Source of the DNA: an uncultured delta proteobacterium
GTDB lineage: Bacteria > Myxococcota > Myxococcia > Myxococcales > Myxococcaceae
Direction of reading: 5' to 3'
NCBI GenBank assembly: GCA_963796055.1
Contig: CAWCKH010000003.1
Coordinates: 714,272 to 778,271, forward strand
DNA length: 64,000 nt
A program made the translations under genes and the position numbers. The notes below the pieces were generated by a model. That model searched no databases, was not told where the DNA came from, and saw only the letters and a program-made list of their open reading frames with translations. Positions within the stretch are counted from its first letter, which is position 1, and every line of letters starts with the position of its first letter. Below are positions 1 to 10,956 of the stretch, piece after piece.

Positions 1-830
1 GCCGAGAAGCGGAAGCCGGATGCCGGCAGCTGGTCGAGCCCGCGCAGGTGCTCGACGATGGGGATGCCCGCAGCGAGCAGCCGCGAGTGCGCCGGACGGG
101 CGGCGTCGCCCATGTCGTCGATGTTGATGGAGTCGATGCCCACCAGCGCCGCGCCCTGCTCCACCAGCCACCCCGCGCCGGCGTCGGTGAGGAACGGCGC
201 GTCCTTGCCATAGCTTCCCGTCCCGAAGTGCACGTCCCATCCGGTGTGGAGGAGCACGGCCTTGCCCCGCACCTCGAGCGGCGCCAGCGCCAGCACGTCG
301 ATGGCGCGGCGGCCCGTTCCAGTCGCCCGCAGCAGCACGCCCTCGAGCTCCACCAGGACCTCCAGCGGTAGCCCCGCCAGGTCCGCCCCGTCCGCATAGC
401 GGTGCCAGGGGCTGTCCAGGTACGTGCCGGTGTTCGCCACCAGGCTGATGCGGCCGATCTGGAAGGTGACTCCGGGCGCGTACTTCCCGGCCGACGCCTC
501 CCGCGACAGGTGCTCGGAGATCTCCGGAGCGGGCAGGCCCGGGTACGTCACCAGCCCGTGGTGGATGGGATGGCTCAGGTCGACCAGCCGTCGCCCGCCG
601 CTCGAGGCACGCGGGACGCCCCGCGAGCCTCGGTGGGGCTCCTGGACCCGGCGCAGGTTCCGCAGCTCCACCCCGCCCACCATCAGCAGCCCGAGGTGCG
701 CGACGAGCAGGGCGCCGATCTCCTCGTCCGAGGCGTCGGGCCGCGGCAGATCGAGCCGGAAGCCCTCACCCCGCAGGTGCCCACCGTTGGTGAAGGTGAC
801 GACGAAGTCGAAGATCGCGCGGGTGTCCAT
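1..830 (-). CDS. Cyclase / kynurenine formamidase-like metal-dependent hydrolase, with an N-terminal extra domain; 3' end runs off the window
   Basis: Manual minus-strand translation from ATG 830: MDTRAIFDFVVTF...LVDLSHPI...NTGTYLDSPWH...AVLLHTGW...LVGIDSINID...IPIVEHL, which are cyclase-family motifs. Not in the ORF track because there is no stop inside the window. Confidence 0.85.
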   Translation of the reverse strand, partial: MDTRAIFDFVVTFTNGGHLRGEGFRLDLPRPDASDEEIGALLVAHLGLLMVGGVELRNLRRVQEPHRGSRGVPRASSGGRRLVDLSHPIHHGLVTYPGLPAPEISEHLSREASAGKYAPGVTFQIGRISLVANTGTYLDSPWHRYADGADLAGLPLEVLVELEGVLLRATGTGRRAIDVLALAPLEVRGKAVLLHTGWDVHFGTGSYGKDAPFLTDAGAGWLVEQGAALVGIDSINIDDMGDAARPAHSRLLAAGIPIVEHLRGLDQLPASGFRFS

Positions 831-917
831 GGATCCCACCGCTACCCCCGGTCACCTGGCCCGTGCCAGCACAGTCCGGCAGCGGCGGCACGGCGCGGGC
901 GAGGAACCCCGTGCCTC

Positions 918-1034
918 CTACCGGCGCCCGGAGGCCCTCTGGTGGCGTACCCGGTGGCGCCGGAGAGCCTTCCGCTTCACCTTCGCCCGGTTCTTCACCT
1001 TCCGCTTGCTGCGGTTTCCGATCTTCTTGGCCAT
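918..1034 (-). CDS. Small, very basic 38-aa peptide (MAKKIGNRSKRKVKNRAKVKRKALRRHRVRHQRASGRR)
   Basis: ATG at 1034 to TAG at 918, with mostly G/C-ending codons (AAG, CGG, GTG). It fills the gap between two minus-strand genes and is below the ORF-track cutoff. Confidence 0.6.
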   Translation of the reverse strand: MAKKIGNRSKRKVKNRAKVKRKALRRHRVRHQRASGRR

Positions 1035-1054
1035 GGGGCCGTGGCTCTTAGCAC

Positions 1055-1583
1055 CTAAGGCGCGGCGCATGCTCGCGCCGTCTCGTCGTCGAGCGGGAAC
1101 CAGCTCTCGAGGTGCAGCTCCTCCACCGCCACGTTCTGGGGCGCGCTGAACGTCCTCACGGTGGTGAGGAACGAGGCCCGGGTCTCCCCGCGACGGAACC
1201 GCACGGTGAGCGTCGGCTCGGAGGGGAGCCCGACGTCGGGCTGCTTCCAGCTCGCGGGCACCCCGGGGAGCTCGAGCAGCCGGTGGAGCAGTGCTCCCAG
1301 CTCGGCATCTCCACCGCTGGCCAGCACCTCGCGGTGCCGTCTGGCGAGCATCGCGTGCGCCGCCTGCGGCCAGTCCTCGACGAAGGGCCGCACGCCCCGC
1401 GGGTCGAAGAGGAGCACCATCGCGTTGACCGGCGGGGCGAGCGCGTCCGGCTCGGCGACGAAGCGGGGCAGCAGGCGGGACGCGCCCTCGTTGAGCCGGA
1501 CGATGTCGTACTTCCGGTCGAACACCACCAGCGGGAACGGCTCGTGCTGGGCCATCATCCGCTCGATGGCCCGCTCCACGGGC
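1055..1583 (-). pseudogene. 5'-truncated MmyB-like transcription regulator; only the ligand-binding domain remains and the XRE HTH is missing
   Basis: PVERAIERMMAQHEPFPLVVFDRKYDIVRLNEGA...FLTTVRTFSAPQNVAVEELHLESWFPLD is typical of the MmyB C-terminal domain. Sequence upstream of about 1583 is the antisense of another gene. Confidence 0.75.
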
Positions 1584-2017
1584 CGCTGCTGCGCTGGCTC
1601 TCGCGGGGACCGCTCCGGAACACGAGCGTCGGCCTCGGCCCGCTGTTCACCGACCCCTCGTTCATCGACGGCGAGTTCGACGCGCTGTTCCTCGCTCCGC
1701 TCGAGGATCCAGACGTGCTCGAGGACCAGCTGAAGCTGCTCCGCGCGGTCGACTTCGACCAGGTCGACGCGCTGGCCGGGGTCCACCGGCGCATCCACGC
1801 TCCCACGCTCTGCATCTGGGGACCCGACGATCCCTTCTTCCCGGTGGCGAAGGCCCGGCGGATGCTCCCTCAGTTCGGGGGCCGGGCGGAGCTGGTGGAG
1901 ATCCCTCGCGCCAGGCTCTTCGCCCACGAGGACCACGCCGAGGAGTTCCTCGGGCACGCCCTCCCCTTCCTCGAGCGGACGCTGGGATCAGTGCAGGCCA
2001 CCGTGCGGAGCGCCTGA
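1580..2017 (+). pseudogene. 5'-truncated alpha/beta hydrolase (C-terminal third only)
   Basis: RIHAPTLCIWGPDDPFFP...VEIPRARLFAHEDHAEEF matches the hydrolase acid/His region. No nucleophile elbow and no start codon are present. Confidence 0.7.
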
Positions 2018-2040
2018 GCGACACCACACGGCTCCCGAGC

Positions 2041-3873
2041 TCAGGGCGCGGCCGCGCACGCCGTCACGACCTGGTCCCGCGAAGCGCCGAAGGTCGACCC
2101 CTCGAAGAGGAACCGGGTGTTGGGCGGGATGATCCCCGGCCCCTGCACCAGGATGTCACCGGAGACGTTGCCGCAGAACCCGTCGCCCGAGGTCGTCACC
2201 CCCTCCAGCCGGAAGCCGCGGAGGAGGAAGGTGATGTCCGCCCCTCCCGCCCCGGTGGTCCCCAGCGGGTAGGCCGCGAAGGGAATGACCGGGTCGCCGA
2301 AGTCGATGGTGAACCGCCCCTTTCCGTTCACCGTCCCCGTGCCGACGAAAGGCTCGCCCACCGGGACCAGCTCACCCGTCCCGAGCAGCGCGTTCTGGTC
2401 CACCGCTTGGAGCCCGAGCGTCAGCTTCGGACCGCTGGTGGTGGCTTGGGCGAGAAACACCGCCGGCAGCTGGGGGAAGAAGGTCGGGCCGATGCTCAGG
2501 AGGAACGGCCCCTGCACGTCCGCCCGGGAGGCGGTGGGCAGCGGCTGGGAGGGGCACCGCGCGTCCTTTCCGACCTTGACCGCGATGTCCGGGTCGTACT
2601 TCCCGAAATCGAGCGTGGCGGCGAGGATCCAGCTCGGCCCGAACTGCGCGGGCAGCCAGGGGATGTCGACCCCGAGCGGGGTCGAGTACCAGGCCACGAC
2701 GAACTGGCCGTGCTTTCCGGGAATCGGCGCCACCGCGGCGTAGGACGTGTCCCCGTTGGAGGGCAGCTCGGCCACCTCGAACAGCCGGATCTGGCTGTGC
2801 GGGTCCGCGAGGTCGCCCCGGATCTCGTAGATCGCGGTCCGCTTCAGGGTGCAGGCCAGGTGCTTGCGGGCCACGACGAACGTTCGCCCGTCCACCTCGA
2901 ACACCCGCGACGGGCCGTCCAGGCGCTGCTCCAGGCGCCGGCTGCAGTCGAAGTTCCCGAAGAAGCCGAACCACGAGGCGTGCTTGACGCAGATGGCGGT
3001 CTGACCGTCCTCGACCAGGCCCTGGTTGTCCAGCCGCACCAGCGAGACCGCCACCTCGCCGTGCTCGCCGAGGAAGTTCAGCTCGGCCTCGCTGGGGACC
3101 TGCGCCGGGGCGTTCAGGATGCTGCCCAGCTTGACGAAGGTCTTCCCCCCGTCGAGCGAAGCGAAGTACGCAGCCTCCTGGTCACCGTCGTCGTAGCCCG
3201 TGGCGTAGAGCGTCTTGCCTCCGAAGGCCGAGTGGCGGACCACGTAGCGCCAGAACCCGAACGGCTTCTGGGTGAGCTTCAGTTCCGCCGGGGCCGGGAC
3301 GTCGAAGGAGCTGCCCTCGTCGTGCGAGGTCGCGAAGACGGTCTGGGTATCGGCGAGCAGGTCGCGGATGGGGAATCCGGCGAGGCGGGAGATGGCCCCC
3401 AGCCGCAGCTCGCCGTTCCACTCGAAGAGCTTGGGGTCCCGGATCCCGCGCACCGGATCGCTCGGCGCCGGAGCAACGTCGGTGGCGAGCGTCCCGGCGT
3501 AGGTCAGAGGGTCGAAGCGGAAGATCCGGATGTGCGCGCTGCCGGTCTCGGTCTGCCCCGTGCCGCCAGCCCGGAAGGCGAGGAGCATCTGCTTCGATGG
3601 AAGGAGGTGGAGCTCCACGTTCTCCGCGTGCTCGTCGCCGTTCTGGTAGACGACCGCGACGTCCCGGATGAACCCGCTGGCGTAAGCCGGGCCCTCGGGG
3701 GCCGGGACCGGGATCGGGGTGAGCACGTCGGGGGACGAGGTGGTGAGCGGGGCGGTGGCTCGTGTTTCAGGGTGGGCCGAGGGAGCGAACCCCGCCGGCC
3801 CGCAGGCGATCAGGGCAGCAGCGACGGAGGCGACCAACAGCAGCGAGGGGAAACGGTGGAGGTGCTGGCGCAT
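2041..3873 (-). CDS. Secreted lipoprotein with Asp-box (BNR) sialidase-like beta-propeller and a C-terminal beta-rich domain
   Basis: ATG 3873 preceded by GGAGG; signal peptide ending LIAC; Asp-boxes SHDEGSSF and SLDGGKTF. Confidence 0.7.
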   Translation of the reverse strand: MRQHLHRFPSLLLVASVAAALIACGPAGFAPSAHPETRATAPLTTSSPDVLTPIPVPAPEGPAYASGFIRDVAVVYQNGDEHAENVELHLLPSKQMLLAFRAGGTGQTETGSAHIRIFRFDPLTYAGTLATDVAPAPSDPVRGIRDPKLFEWNGELRLGAISRLAGFPIRDLLADTQTVFATSHDEGSSFDVPAPAELKLTQKPFGFWRYVVRHSAFGGKTLYATGYDDGDQEAAYFASLDGGKTFVKLGSILNAPAQVPSEAELNFLGEHGEVAVSLVRLDNQGLVEDGQTAICVKHASWFGFFGNFDCSRRLEQRLDGPSRVFEVDGRTFVVARKHLACTLKRTAIYEIRGDLADPHSQIRLFEVAELPSNGDTSYAAVAPIPGKHGQFVVAWYSTPLGVDIPWLPAQFGPSWILAATLDFGKYDPDIAVKVGKDARCPSQPLPTASRADVQGPFLLSIGPTFFPQLPAVFLAQATTSGPKLTLGLQAVDQNALLGTGELVPVGEPFVGTGTVNGKGRFTIDFGDPVIPFAAYPLGTTGAGGADITFLLRGFRLEGVTTSGDGFCGNVSGDILVQGPGIIPPNTRFLFEGSTFGASRDQVVTACAAAP

Positions 3874-3908
3874 CTCGAGACCTCCTGTGAAGGTGACCCT
3901 GGGACTCG

Positions 3909-3924
3909 AGCAAGGACCGCGCCA
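3909..3924 (-). promoter_or_regulatory. Putative sigma54 -24/-12 promoter for the BNR lipoprotein
   Basis: Minus strand reads TGGCGCGGTCCTTGCT (GG-N10-GC), 35 nt upstream of the start codon. Confidence 0.6.
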
Positions 3925-4336
3925 CTCCCGTCGCCCCGGATCGACCTGCGAACGCAAAGTCATGAAGTACAGCGCACGCACTGTTCGCGCGCCCACCTCC
4001 CTTCGGGCTCGGGCCCGCGCAACGGTTGCTGATTCGCATAGTCGTCCGCAGCCGGTCACGGGGCGGAGAACCGGTCCTCTTTGCCGGAGCCGCTCATGTC
4101 CCAGCGTGACCCACCGCCACCTCGCCGAGCTCGTGCCCTTCCCCGTCTTGCACCAGCCGCTCGCCTCCAGCGAAGGGGTCGGCATGCCTCCTCGGCGACC
4201 CGACCGGAGCCGCGACCACCGGGGCTCGGCCATCGCGAGGAGCTGCCCCCGGGTCCGGGCCGGGCTGCGGGGAGGAGCCGGGGGCTTCCCGGGTGGCGCA
4301 GGGCCACCCCGACGGGTTAGAGCCTCCCCCCGGCAG

Positions 4337-5422
4337 ATGATCGACAAGCTGGACGAAGTCGAGCGGCGCTACGACCGGCTCGAGGCAGACCTCGCGAATC
4401 CAGAGACGCTGGGGGACAGCACGCGCCTGATGAAGGTGATGAAGGAACGCTCGTCACTCGAGTCGCTGGTCAACACCTACCGCACGTTCAAGAAGGTGCG
4501 AGAGGACCTGGCCGCCGCCGAGCAGATGCTGGAGAGCTCGGACCCGGAAGAACGCGCGCTGGGGAAGGAGGAGCTCCCGGCCCTGCGGGCGCGCCGCGAC
4601 GCGCTCGAGGCCGAGCTCAAGCTCCTGCTCATCCCCAAGGACCCCAACGACGAGAAGAACGTCATCCTCGAGATTCGCGCCGGGGCGGGGGGAGACGAGG
4701 CCGGTCTCTTCGCCGAGGAGGTCCTCCAGATGTACCTCCGCTACGCGGACCGCAAGGGCTGGAAGGCGGAGCTGGTGGACATGAGCGCGGGGAACGCAGG
4801 CGGAATCAAGGACGCCACCGTCACCCTCTCCGGCGACTCGGTGTACTCGTCGATGAAGTACGAGTCGGGCGTCCACCGGGTGCAGCGGGTGCCGGCCACC
4901 GAGGCCCAGGGCCGCATCCACACCTCCACCATCACCGTGGCGGTCATGCCCGAGGCGGAGGACGTGGACGTGCAGGTCAAGGACTCGGACGTCGAGCGAC
5001 AGGTGATGCGCTCCACCGGCGCGGGCGGTCAGAGCGTCAACACCACCGACTCGGCGGTGCGTCTCAAGCACGCCCCCACAGGCATCGTGGTGAAGTGCCA
5101 GCAGGAGAAGAGCCAGACGAAGAACTACAACATGGCCATGCGCATGCTCCGGGCCAAGCTGTACGAGCTGGAGCAGGAGCGCATCACCAGCGAGCGCGAC
5201 TCGCTCCGCCGTGGCCAGGTGGGCACCGGGGACCGCAGCGAGAAGATCCGGACCTACAACTTTCCTCAGGACAGGCTCACCGATCACCGCATCGGGATGA
5301 CCTGGCACAACCTCCCGGCGCGGATGGCCGGGGACATCGAGGACATCGTCGTCGCCTGCCGCACCTACTTCCAGGCCGAGCAGCTCAAGGCCGAGTCGGC
5401 GCGCGCTCCGGCCCAGGCATGA
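4337..5422 (+). CDS. prfA: Peptide chain release factor 1
   Basis: [11 protein letters not shown] (PxT motif), GGQ motif in [17 protein letters not shown], and [12 protein letters not shown]; directly upstream of prmC. Confidence 0.97.
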   Translation: MIDKLDEVERRYDRLEADLANPETLGDSTRLMKVMKERSSLESLVNTYRTFKKVREDLAAAEQMLESSDPEERALGKEELPALRARRDALEAELKLLLIPKDPNDEKNVILEIRAGAGGDEAGLFAEEVLQMYLRYADRKGWKAELVDMSAGNAGGIKDATVTLSGDSVYSSMKYESGVHRVQRVPATEAQGRIHTSTITVAVMPEAEDVDVQVKDSDVERQVMRSTGAGGQSVNTTDSAVRLKHAPTGIVVKCQQEKSQTKNYNMAMRMLRAKLYELEQERITSERDSLRRGQVGTGDRSEKIRTYNFPQDRLTDHRIGMTWHNLPARMAGDIEDIVVACRTYFQAEQLKAESARAPAQA

Positions 5423-6333
5423 GCGAGCAGCCCTGGACGGTGCGCCGGGTCCTCGGATGGACGTCCCAGCACTTCGAGAAGCTGGGCCTGGACTCACCAC
5501 GGCTCACCGCCGAGCTGCTACTGGCGCACGTGCTCCACACCACCCGGGTCCGGCTGTACACCGACCTGGACCGGCCGCTCGAGGTCGGCGAGCTCGGTGT
5601 CTATCGCGCGCTCATCGCCCGGCGCGCCACCGGCGAGCCCACGCACTACCTGACCGGCACCCGTGAGTTCTACGGGCGGCCCTTCGCCGTCGACGCCCGG
5701 GTCCTCGTTCCCCGCCCGGAGACCGAGCTGCTGGTCGAGGCCGTGCTCCAGGCCATCCCCCGGGACGCCGATGTCCGGCTCCTGGACCTCTGCACCGGGG
5801 CCGGCTGCGTCGGCATCACCCTGGCCCTGGAGCGGCCCCGGGCGCGGGTGGTGGCCACCGAGATCTCCCCCGAGGCAGCCGAGGTCGCGCTGGCCAATGC
5901 CACTACCCTCGGGGTGGGCGATCGGTTCGAGGTCCGGGTCGGAGACCTGTTCACCCCGGTCCAAAGCGAGCGTCCTTTCTCTGCCATCGCCGCCAATCCT
6001 CCGTACGTCCCGCGGGGGGAAATCCCCACCCTCGCACCCGAGGTGCGGCATGAGCCGGCCCTGGCCCTCGACGGGGGTCCCGACGGGCTGGACCTCATCC
6101 GGCGCATCGTCGCCGAGGCCCCGCGCTGCCTCGTGCCGGGAGCGCTGCTGGCCATGGAGATCGGGGACCGCCAGGGGGTGGCGGTCCGGTCCTTGCTCGA
6201 GGCGGCCGGATATGGCTCCGTCCGCATCGAACGCGACCTCGCCCGACACGATCGACTGGCCCTCGGGACACACCCCCGCGGGCAGGCGGCCACGCACCCA
6301 GGAGAAGGAGCCCTTGGACCAGATCCACATTGA
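5419..6333 (+). CDS. prmC: Release factor glutamine methyltransferase
   Basis: [18 protein letters not shown] and NPPY motifs; ATGA overlap with prfA. Confidence 0.95.
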   Translation: MSEQPWTVRRVLGWTSQHFEKLGLDSPRLTAELLLAHVLHTTRVRLYTDLDRPLEVGELGVYRALIARRATGEPTHYLTGTREFYGRPFAVDARVLVPRPETELLVEAVLQAIPRDADVRLLDLCTGAGCVGITLALERPRARVVATEISPEAAEVALANATTLGVGDRFEVRVGDLFTPVQSERPFSAIAANPPYVPRGEIPTLAPEVRHEPALALDGGPDGLDLIRRIVAEAPRCLVPGALLAMEIGDRQGVAVRSLLEAAGYGSVRIERDLARHDRLALGTHPRGQAATHPGEGALGPDPH

Positions 6334-7576
6334 AGGCGGCCCGCGGCTGGAGGGGGAGGTGCGGGTCTCGGGGAGCAAGAACGCCACCCTCCCCTTGATG
6401 GCCGCCGCGCTCCTCGGCGAGGGCCCGACCACGCTCCGCAACGTTCCCGATCTCGCGGACGTGACGACCCTGCTCGAGCTGCTCCGCACGATGGGCGCCG
6501 AGGCCCAGCGGGTGCCGGGCGCGGAGCGCCACGTGGTCCGGGTGCACGCCGCGCCGAACGTGCTGCCCGAGGCGCCGTACGACCTGGTGCGGAAGATGCG
6601 CGCCTCGGTGCTGGTGCTCGGCCCGCTGCTCGGTCGGTTCGGCCGCGCCCGGGTCTCGCTGCCCGGGGGCTGCGCCATCGGCGCCCGCCCCATCGACCAG
6701 CATCTGAAGGCCTTCCGCGCGCTCGGGGCGGAGATCCTCCTCGAGGGCGGCTACGTCGAGGCGCGGGCGAAGCGGCTCCGGGGGGCCACGGTGCGGTTCG
6801 ACAAGATCACCGTCACCGGCACCGAGAACGCCCTGATGGCCGCGGTGCTCGCCGAGGGGACGACCGTGCTGGAGAACGCCGCCCGCGAGCCGGAGGTCGA
6901 GGACCTCGCCCGGGCCCTGAACGCCATGGGTGCCCGCATCCAGGGCGCGGGCACGGATCTGGTGGTCGTGGAGGGCGTCACCCGACTCGCCGGGGTCGAG
7001 CACACGGTCATCCCCGACCGCATCGAGGCAGGCACCCTCCTGGTGGCCGCGGCCATCAGCCGGGGCGATGTGCATGTCCAGGGCGCCGTCCCCACCCACC
7101 TCGACGCCGTGGTGGGCAAGCTGCGCGAGGCCGGCTGCTCGGTGGCGCCCACGCCCGAGGGGCTGCGCTGCAAGGGGCCCGAGGTGCCGGAGCCGGTGGA
7201 CCTCCAGACGACGGAGCATCCGGGCTTCCCCACCGACATGCAGGCCCAGCTCATGGCCTTGCTCAGCGTGGCCGGGGGGACCAGCGTCCTCTCCGAGAAC
7301 ATCTTCGAGAACCGCTTCATGCATGTCGCCGAGCTGCGCCGGATGGGGGCGGACATCCGGGTGGAGGGCCACACCGCGGTGGTGAAGGGAGTCCACACCC
7401 TCTCCGGGGCCCCGGTGATGGCGACGGACCTGCGCGCCTCGGCCTCGCTCATCCTCGCCGGGCTCCGGGCCGCCGGCACCACCCGGGTGGCACGCGTTTA
7501 CCACCTGGACCGGGGCTACGAGGCGCTCGAGCGGAAGCTCCAGACCCTGGGCGCCCGGACCACCCGGGTGAAGTGA
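6314..7576 (+). CDS. murA: UDP-N-acetylglucosamine 1-carboxyvinyltransferase
   Basis: TTG start after [21 protein letters not shown] (catalytic Cys), [14 protein letters not shown] and HLDRGYE. Confidence 0.97.
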   Translation: MDQIHIEGGPRLEGEVRVSGSKNATLPLMAAALLGEGPTTLRNVPDLADVTTLLELLRTMGAEAQRVPGAERHVVRVHAAPNVLPEAPYDLVRKMRASVLVLGPLLGRFGRARVSLPGGCAIGARPIDQHLKAFRALGAEILLEGGYVEARAKRLRGATVRFDKITVTGTENALMAAVLAEGTTVLENAAREPEVEDLARALNAMGARIQGAGTDLVVVEGVTRLAGVEHTVIPDRIEAGTLLVAAAISRGDVHVQGAVPTHLDAVVGKLREAGCSVAPTPEGLRCKGPEVPEPVDLQTTEHPGFPTDMQAQLMALLSVAGGTSVLSENIFENRFMHVAELRRMGADIRVEGHTAVVKGVHTLSGAPVMATDLRASASLILAGLRAAGTTRVARVYHLDRGYEALERKLQTLGARTTRVK

Positions 7577-7698
7577 AGGCGGAAAAGCCGTTCAGCCCAG
7601 GTCACTGCCGGTTGCAGGATAAAAATTCCCGGCCTTAGACTCACCAGTGCAGCCGTTACCGGAGCACTGCTCCCCCTGCACGGAGAAGACGCGTTTTC

Positions 7699-8094
7699 AT
7701 GGATTGCCCCGGCTGCAACGTCGAGATGGCCGAGCTGGAGGGAGAAGAGACGACGTTGCGACGCTGCGGAGAGTGCGGCGGACTGTGGCTGGACGTGGCG
7801 GACCTGAACCGCCTGCTCCTCCACAACAACCTCCCGGGGCTGGAAAGCCTCGGAGGGCGCGTCGACGCCGAGGCCCTCACCGGCCAGTGCCCCGAGTGCC
7901 AGGTCGACCTGGTCCGGGTCGATGGCGGTGATCGGCAGCACCCCCTGCACTACGACACCTGCGAGTCCTGTGGCGGCATCTTCCTCGAGTCGGAGTTCAA
8001 GGACGCGACCGACGCGAAGGTGGCGCAGCAGGAGATCGTGGACTTCTTCCAGCGGTTCTCGTCGCGGAAGAAGAAGAGCGCCGCCGGCCGCTGA
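7699..8094 (+). CDS. Tandem zf-TFIIB zinc-ribbon protein
   Basis: CPGC...CGECGGLWLD and CPEC...CESCGGIFL. Confidence 0.8.
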   Translation: MDCPGCNVEMAELEGEETTLRRCGECGGLWLDVADLNRLLLHNNLPGLESLGGRVDAEALTGQCPECQVDLVRVDGGDRQHPLHYDTCESCGGIFLESEFKDATDAKVAQQEIVDFFQRFSSRKKKSAAGR

Positions 8095-8113
8095 GGCCGC
8101 GGACCCGGGGGAC

Positions 8114-8944
8114 TCACCTCCGGTCGCGAAACGGCACCCGCAGCGCTGCGGGGACGCCGCCCTTCAGGGTCAAGGTGGTGCGCCCCTTGCCGTGCGCGTC
8201 GGCCTTGGTCTCCATCGACGGGGTGACCCGGCCCTTCCCGGAGCCCGGGGCCTTCATCCACAGGCCCTTCTTGTCCAGGCCCCAGGTCCCGTTCACCGTC
8301 TTCGGCCGGGTGGGCGCGTCATAGACCACCGTCCGGTGCTGCCAGGAACCGTCGAGGAAGAAGGACAGGCTCTGGTCGGGGTTGCCCTCGTCTCCGGCGT
8401 ACCACGTGCCCAGCAGCCGGGCCCGCTCCGGGCTCCAGCGGAGCAGTGACTTCTTGGGGTGCGGCACCGGCTTGCCGTGGGAGACCAGCTGCACCTCCGA
8501 GAGGCAGGCCGGCGCGGCCGGGTCCTCTGCCGGCTCGACGTCGAGGACCTCCAGGGTGAACACCTGCCCTTGCAGCGGCGCGTCCAGCTTCACCGACTGC
8601 ACGCCCTCGGTGTCCACCACCGAGAAGGTGCTCGCGCGCCCGTCGGTTCGCAGGACGAACTTCCGCGGGCGGGCGGAGGCGTGGAAGGCGGCGGTGTCTG
8701 CCTGGTTGCCGGTGGCGATGCGGACCTCGTCCACCACCACCATCGCCGGGACGCCGAAGCCCAGCGCGTCGGCCTGCGCGTCCCCGCTGGCCGAGCACCA
8801 GGCGGTCTTGAGGTTCCCGTCCACCAGCAGCAGGGGCTGGAAGTGGGCCGGGTTGCTCGCGTGTTCGTACCAGTCGGTGGCCTGCACGTAGCCGAGTCCG
8901 GGCACGGCCGAGAGGACGACTCCGAGGAGCGGGCTGAGGGTCAT
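8114..8944 (-). CDS. Secreted discoidin / carbohydrate-binding-like domain protein
   Basis: Hydrophobic N-terminus from ATG 8944; LVDGNLKTAWC and ACLSEVQL resemble discoidin/F5-8-like motifs. Confidence 0.6.
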   Translation of the reverse strand: MTLSPLLGVVLSAVPGLGYVQATDWYEHASNPAHFQPLLLVDGNLKTAWCSASGDAQADALGFGVPAMVVVDEVRIATGNQADTAAFHASARPRKFVLRTDGRASTFSVVDTEGVQSVKLDAPLQGQVFTLEVLDVEPAEDPAAPACLSEVQLVSHGKPVPHPKKSLLRWSPERARLLGTWYAGDEGNPDQSLSFFLDGSWQHRTVVYDAPTRPKTVNGTWGLDKKGLWMKAPGSGKGRVTPSMETKADAHGKGRTTLTLKGGVPAALRVPFRDRR

Positions 8945-9032
8945 GTGGATGGGCGGACCGAGCATGGCGCAGAGAGGCGGTGCACTCCAGCGTCGCGAGG
9001 GGTGGGCCCGGCGTGTGGTAGGGCTGTGGCCC

Positions 9033-10865
9033 GTGAGCTCCGCGCGCGCCCTGGCCGCCCTGTCGCTGCTCGTCGTCACCGGATGTCCACGAAAGCAGGA
9101 GGCGCCACCGGCCGCACCACCGGACGCGGGCCCGGCGCAGCGGACCGAGGTGGAGCCGGACGATCGCCCCGAGCAGTCGATGCCCCTCGGGGAGAGCACC
9201 GACGTCGCGGCCAGCCTCTCCAGCACACCCGCCCGGGCCGACGAGGACTGGTACCTCCTCTTCGGAGAGAGGCCGCGCCTGGTGGATGCGACGGTGAGCG
9301 GCATTCCGGGCACGGTGGTGCTGCTCGAGGTCTACGACGAGACGCGCACCCGGCTCGCGGCGGTCAGCGCCGAGGCCGAGGGCCAGCCGGCCCGCTTCCC
9401 CAACCTCACCGTGCGCGGGAAGCTGCTCCTCCGGGTGGCGGCCGGTCGCAAGGGGGGTGGCGGCACCTACACCCTGTCGGTGCGCTACGGCGAGCCGAGA
9501 CCGGGGATGGAGGTGGAGCCCAACGACCGGCACGCCGACGCGACCGAGCTCCAGCCTCAGAACGATGCCTGGACCATCCAGGGCCTCTACGGGTCCCCGG
9601 CGGACGAGGACCACTACCGGATCGTCCTCGACACTGCTGCCGATGCGGGCCCTCCCGAAGCGGTCGCCGCGCCCGACGCCGGCGCCACCGCCACCACCGC
9701 GGCGCCGTCTCCGCCGTCCGAGCCGCCGCGCCAGGAGGGGTTCCCGGCGCAGCCTCCGCCCCTCGGCGGAGCACGCGCCGAAGTCGACGCCGGGCCGGTG
9801 GTGCCAGAGCCGCCGCGGGTGGCGCTCCGCCTCGAGCTGAGCGGGGTGGCCGGGGTCCGTCCGGAGATCCAGGTGCTGTCCGAGGCGGAGGCGACGCTGT
9901 TCACCGCCCGCGGCACCGAGGGACAGCCGCTGTCGCAGCGCAACGTGGCGGTGCGGGCCACGGACCGGGTCATCGACGTGGTGGTGAAGAGCGCCTGGAC
10001 CGGCACCGGCAAGGACGCCCGCCGGGGCTTCGACCCCGAGGCACCCTACACCTTGACCGTCTCCCGCGAGGCCGCCGGGGCCAACGCCGAGTACGAGCCC
10101 AACGACGACCTGGCGCACGCCACGCCGCTTCCGCTCGATGGCTACCGCGAGGGTTTCCTCACCCCCAAGACCGATGTCGACACCTACGTGGTGCGGCCAC
10201 CCCAGCCTTCCCTGGTGCGCTTCGAGCTGAGCGGGGTGGAGAAGCTGGACCTCCAGCTCTCGCTGGTCGAGCCGGGCAGCAAGCCCGGGACGGAGAAGGT
10301 TCTCCAGCGCTCGAACGACGGGGCGGTGAAGGAGCCGGAGCGGCTGAACAGCGTGGCCTGCAACAAGGAGTGCTTCGTCAAGGTCGAGGGCGCTCTCCGC
10401 AAGGTGGACGGCAAATGGGTGCGCGAGTTCGAGAACCCCGACCAGCCGTACCGGCTGACCGCCCGTGCCATCCCCGACGACGGCAGCGAGGAGCGCGAGC
10501 CGAACGACACCGCGGACCAGGCCACCCCGCTCACCCTGGGCAAGCCCATCCGGGGCACCGTGTACCCGAAGAAGGACGTTGACTACTTCCGCCTCGACCT
10601 CTCGGACCGTCCGGTGAAGACGGCGCTCAAGGCGACGCTGACCGGCATCCTCAAGGTGAACGTGGCGCTCTTCCTCTACCAGCGGGCCGAGGACGGTTCG
10701 CTGTCGCTGGTCCAGACCGCGGACCGCGCCAAGGCAGACGCGCCGGAGGTCATCCGTTACGCCGCCGACCCGGGCATCTACCTCTTGAAGGTGCAGGATT
10801 CGAAGAACCGGGAGTCCAACTTCCAGGACAGCTACCAGCTCACGGTGGAAGAAGACACGCAGTAG
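9033..10865 (+). CDS. Lipoprotein with four pre-peptidase C-terminal (PPC)-like repeats
   Basis: Lipobox VTGC; four ExEPND/EPDD motifs, each followed by a DxDxY/F element. The GTG 9033 start is an estimate. Confidence 0.7.
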   Translation: MSSARALAALSLLVVTGCPRKQEAPPAAPPDAGPAQRTEVEPDDRPEQSMPLGESTDVAASLSSTPARADEDWYLLFGERPRLVDATVSGIPGTVVLLEVYDETRTRLAAVSAEAEGQPARFPNLTVRGKLLLRVAAGRKGGGGTYTLSVRYGEPRPGMEVEPNDRHADATELQPQNDAWTIQGLYGSPADEDHYRIVLDTAADAGPPEAVAAPDAGATATTAAPSPPSEPPRQEGFPAQPPPLGGARAEVDAGPVVPEPPRVALRLELSGVAGVRPEIQVLSEAEATLFTARGTEGQPLSQRNVAVRATDRVIDVVVKSAWTGTGKDARRGFDPEAPYTLTVSREAAGANAEYEPNDDLAHATPLPLDGYREGFLTPKTDVDTYVVRPPQPSLVRFELSGVEKLDLQLSLVEPGSKPGTEKVLQRSNDGAVKEPERLNSVACNKECFVKVEGALRKVDGKWVREFENPDQPYRLTARAIPDDGSEEREPNDTADQATPLTLGKPIRGTVYPKKDVDYFRLDLSDRPVKTALKATLTGILKVNVALFLYQRAEDGSLSLVQTADRAKADAPEVIRYAADPGIYLLKVQDSKNRESNFQDSYQLTVEEDTQ

Positions 10866-10956
10866 GGCTGTTGCAGGGCCCCCGCCGGCCATGCCGATCC
10901 CCGGCGAGTGGCCGCGGCTCCAGCCCTTGCCCGCGCGCCCCTGACCTCGGCCTCGC

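Noticed and set aside
3719..4336. Long N-terminal extensions of ORF-track calls (prfA from 3719, prmC 5095, murA 5663, eno 36769, dynamin B 33852, BNR protein 4347)
   Set aside because: These are GC-rich open-frame run-ons; family homology, RBS and stop/start overlaps point to the shorter starts used.
8319..10892. Long antisense and alternate-frame ORFs (e.g. 8319-10892, 20426-23038, 25434-28037, 50435-53140, 58430-59176)
   Set aside because: They are shadows of well-supported genes in high-GC DNA, with Arg/Gly/Pro-rich translations and no motifs.
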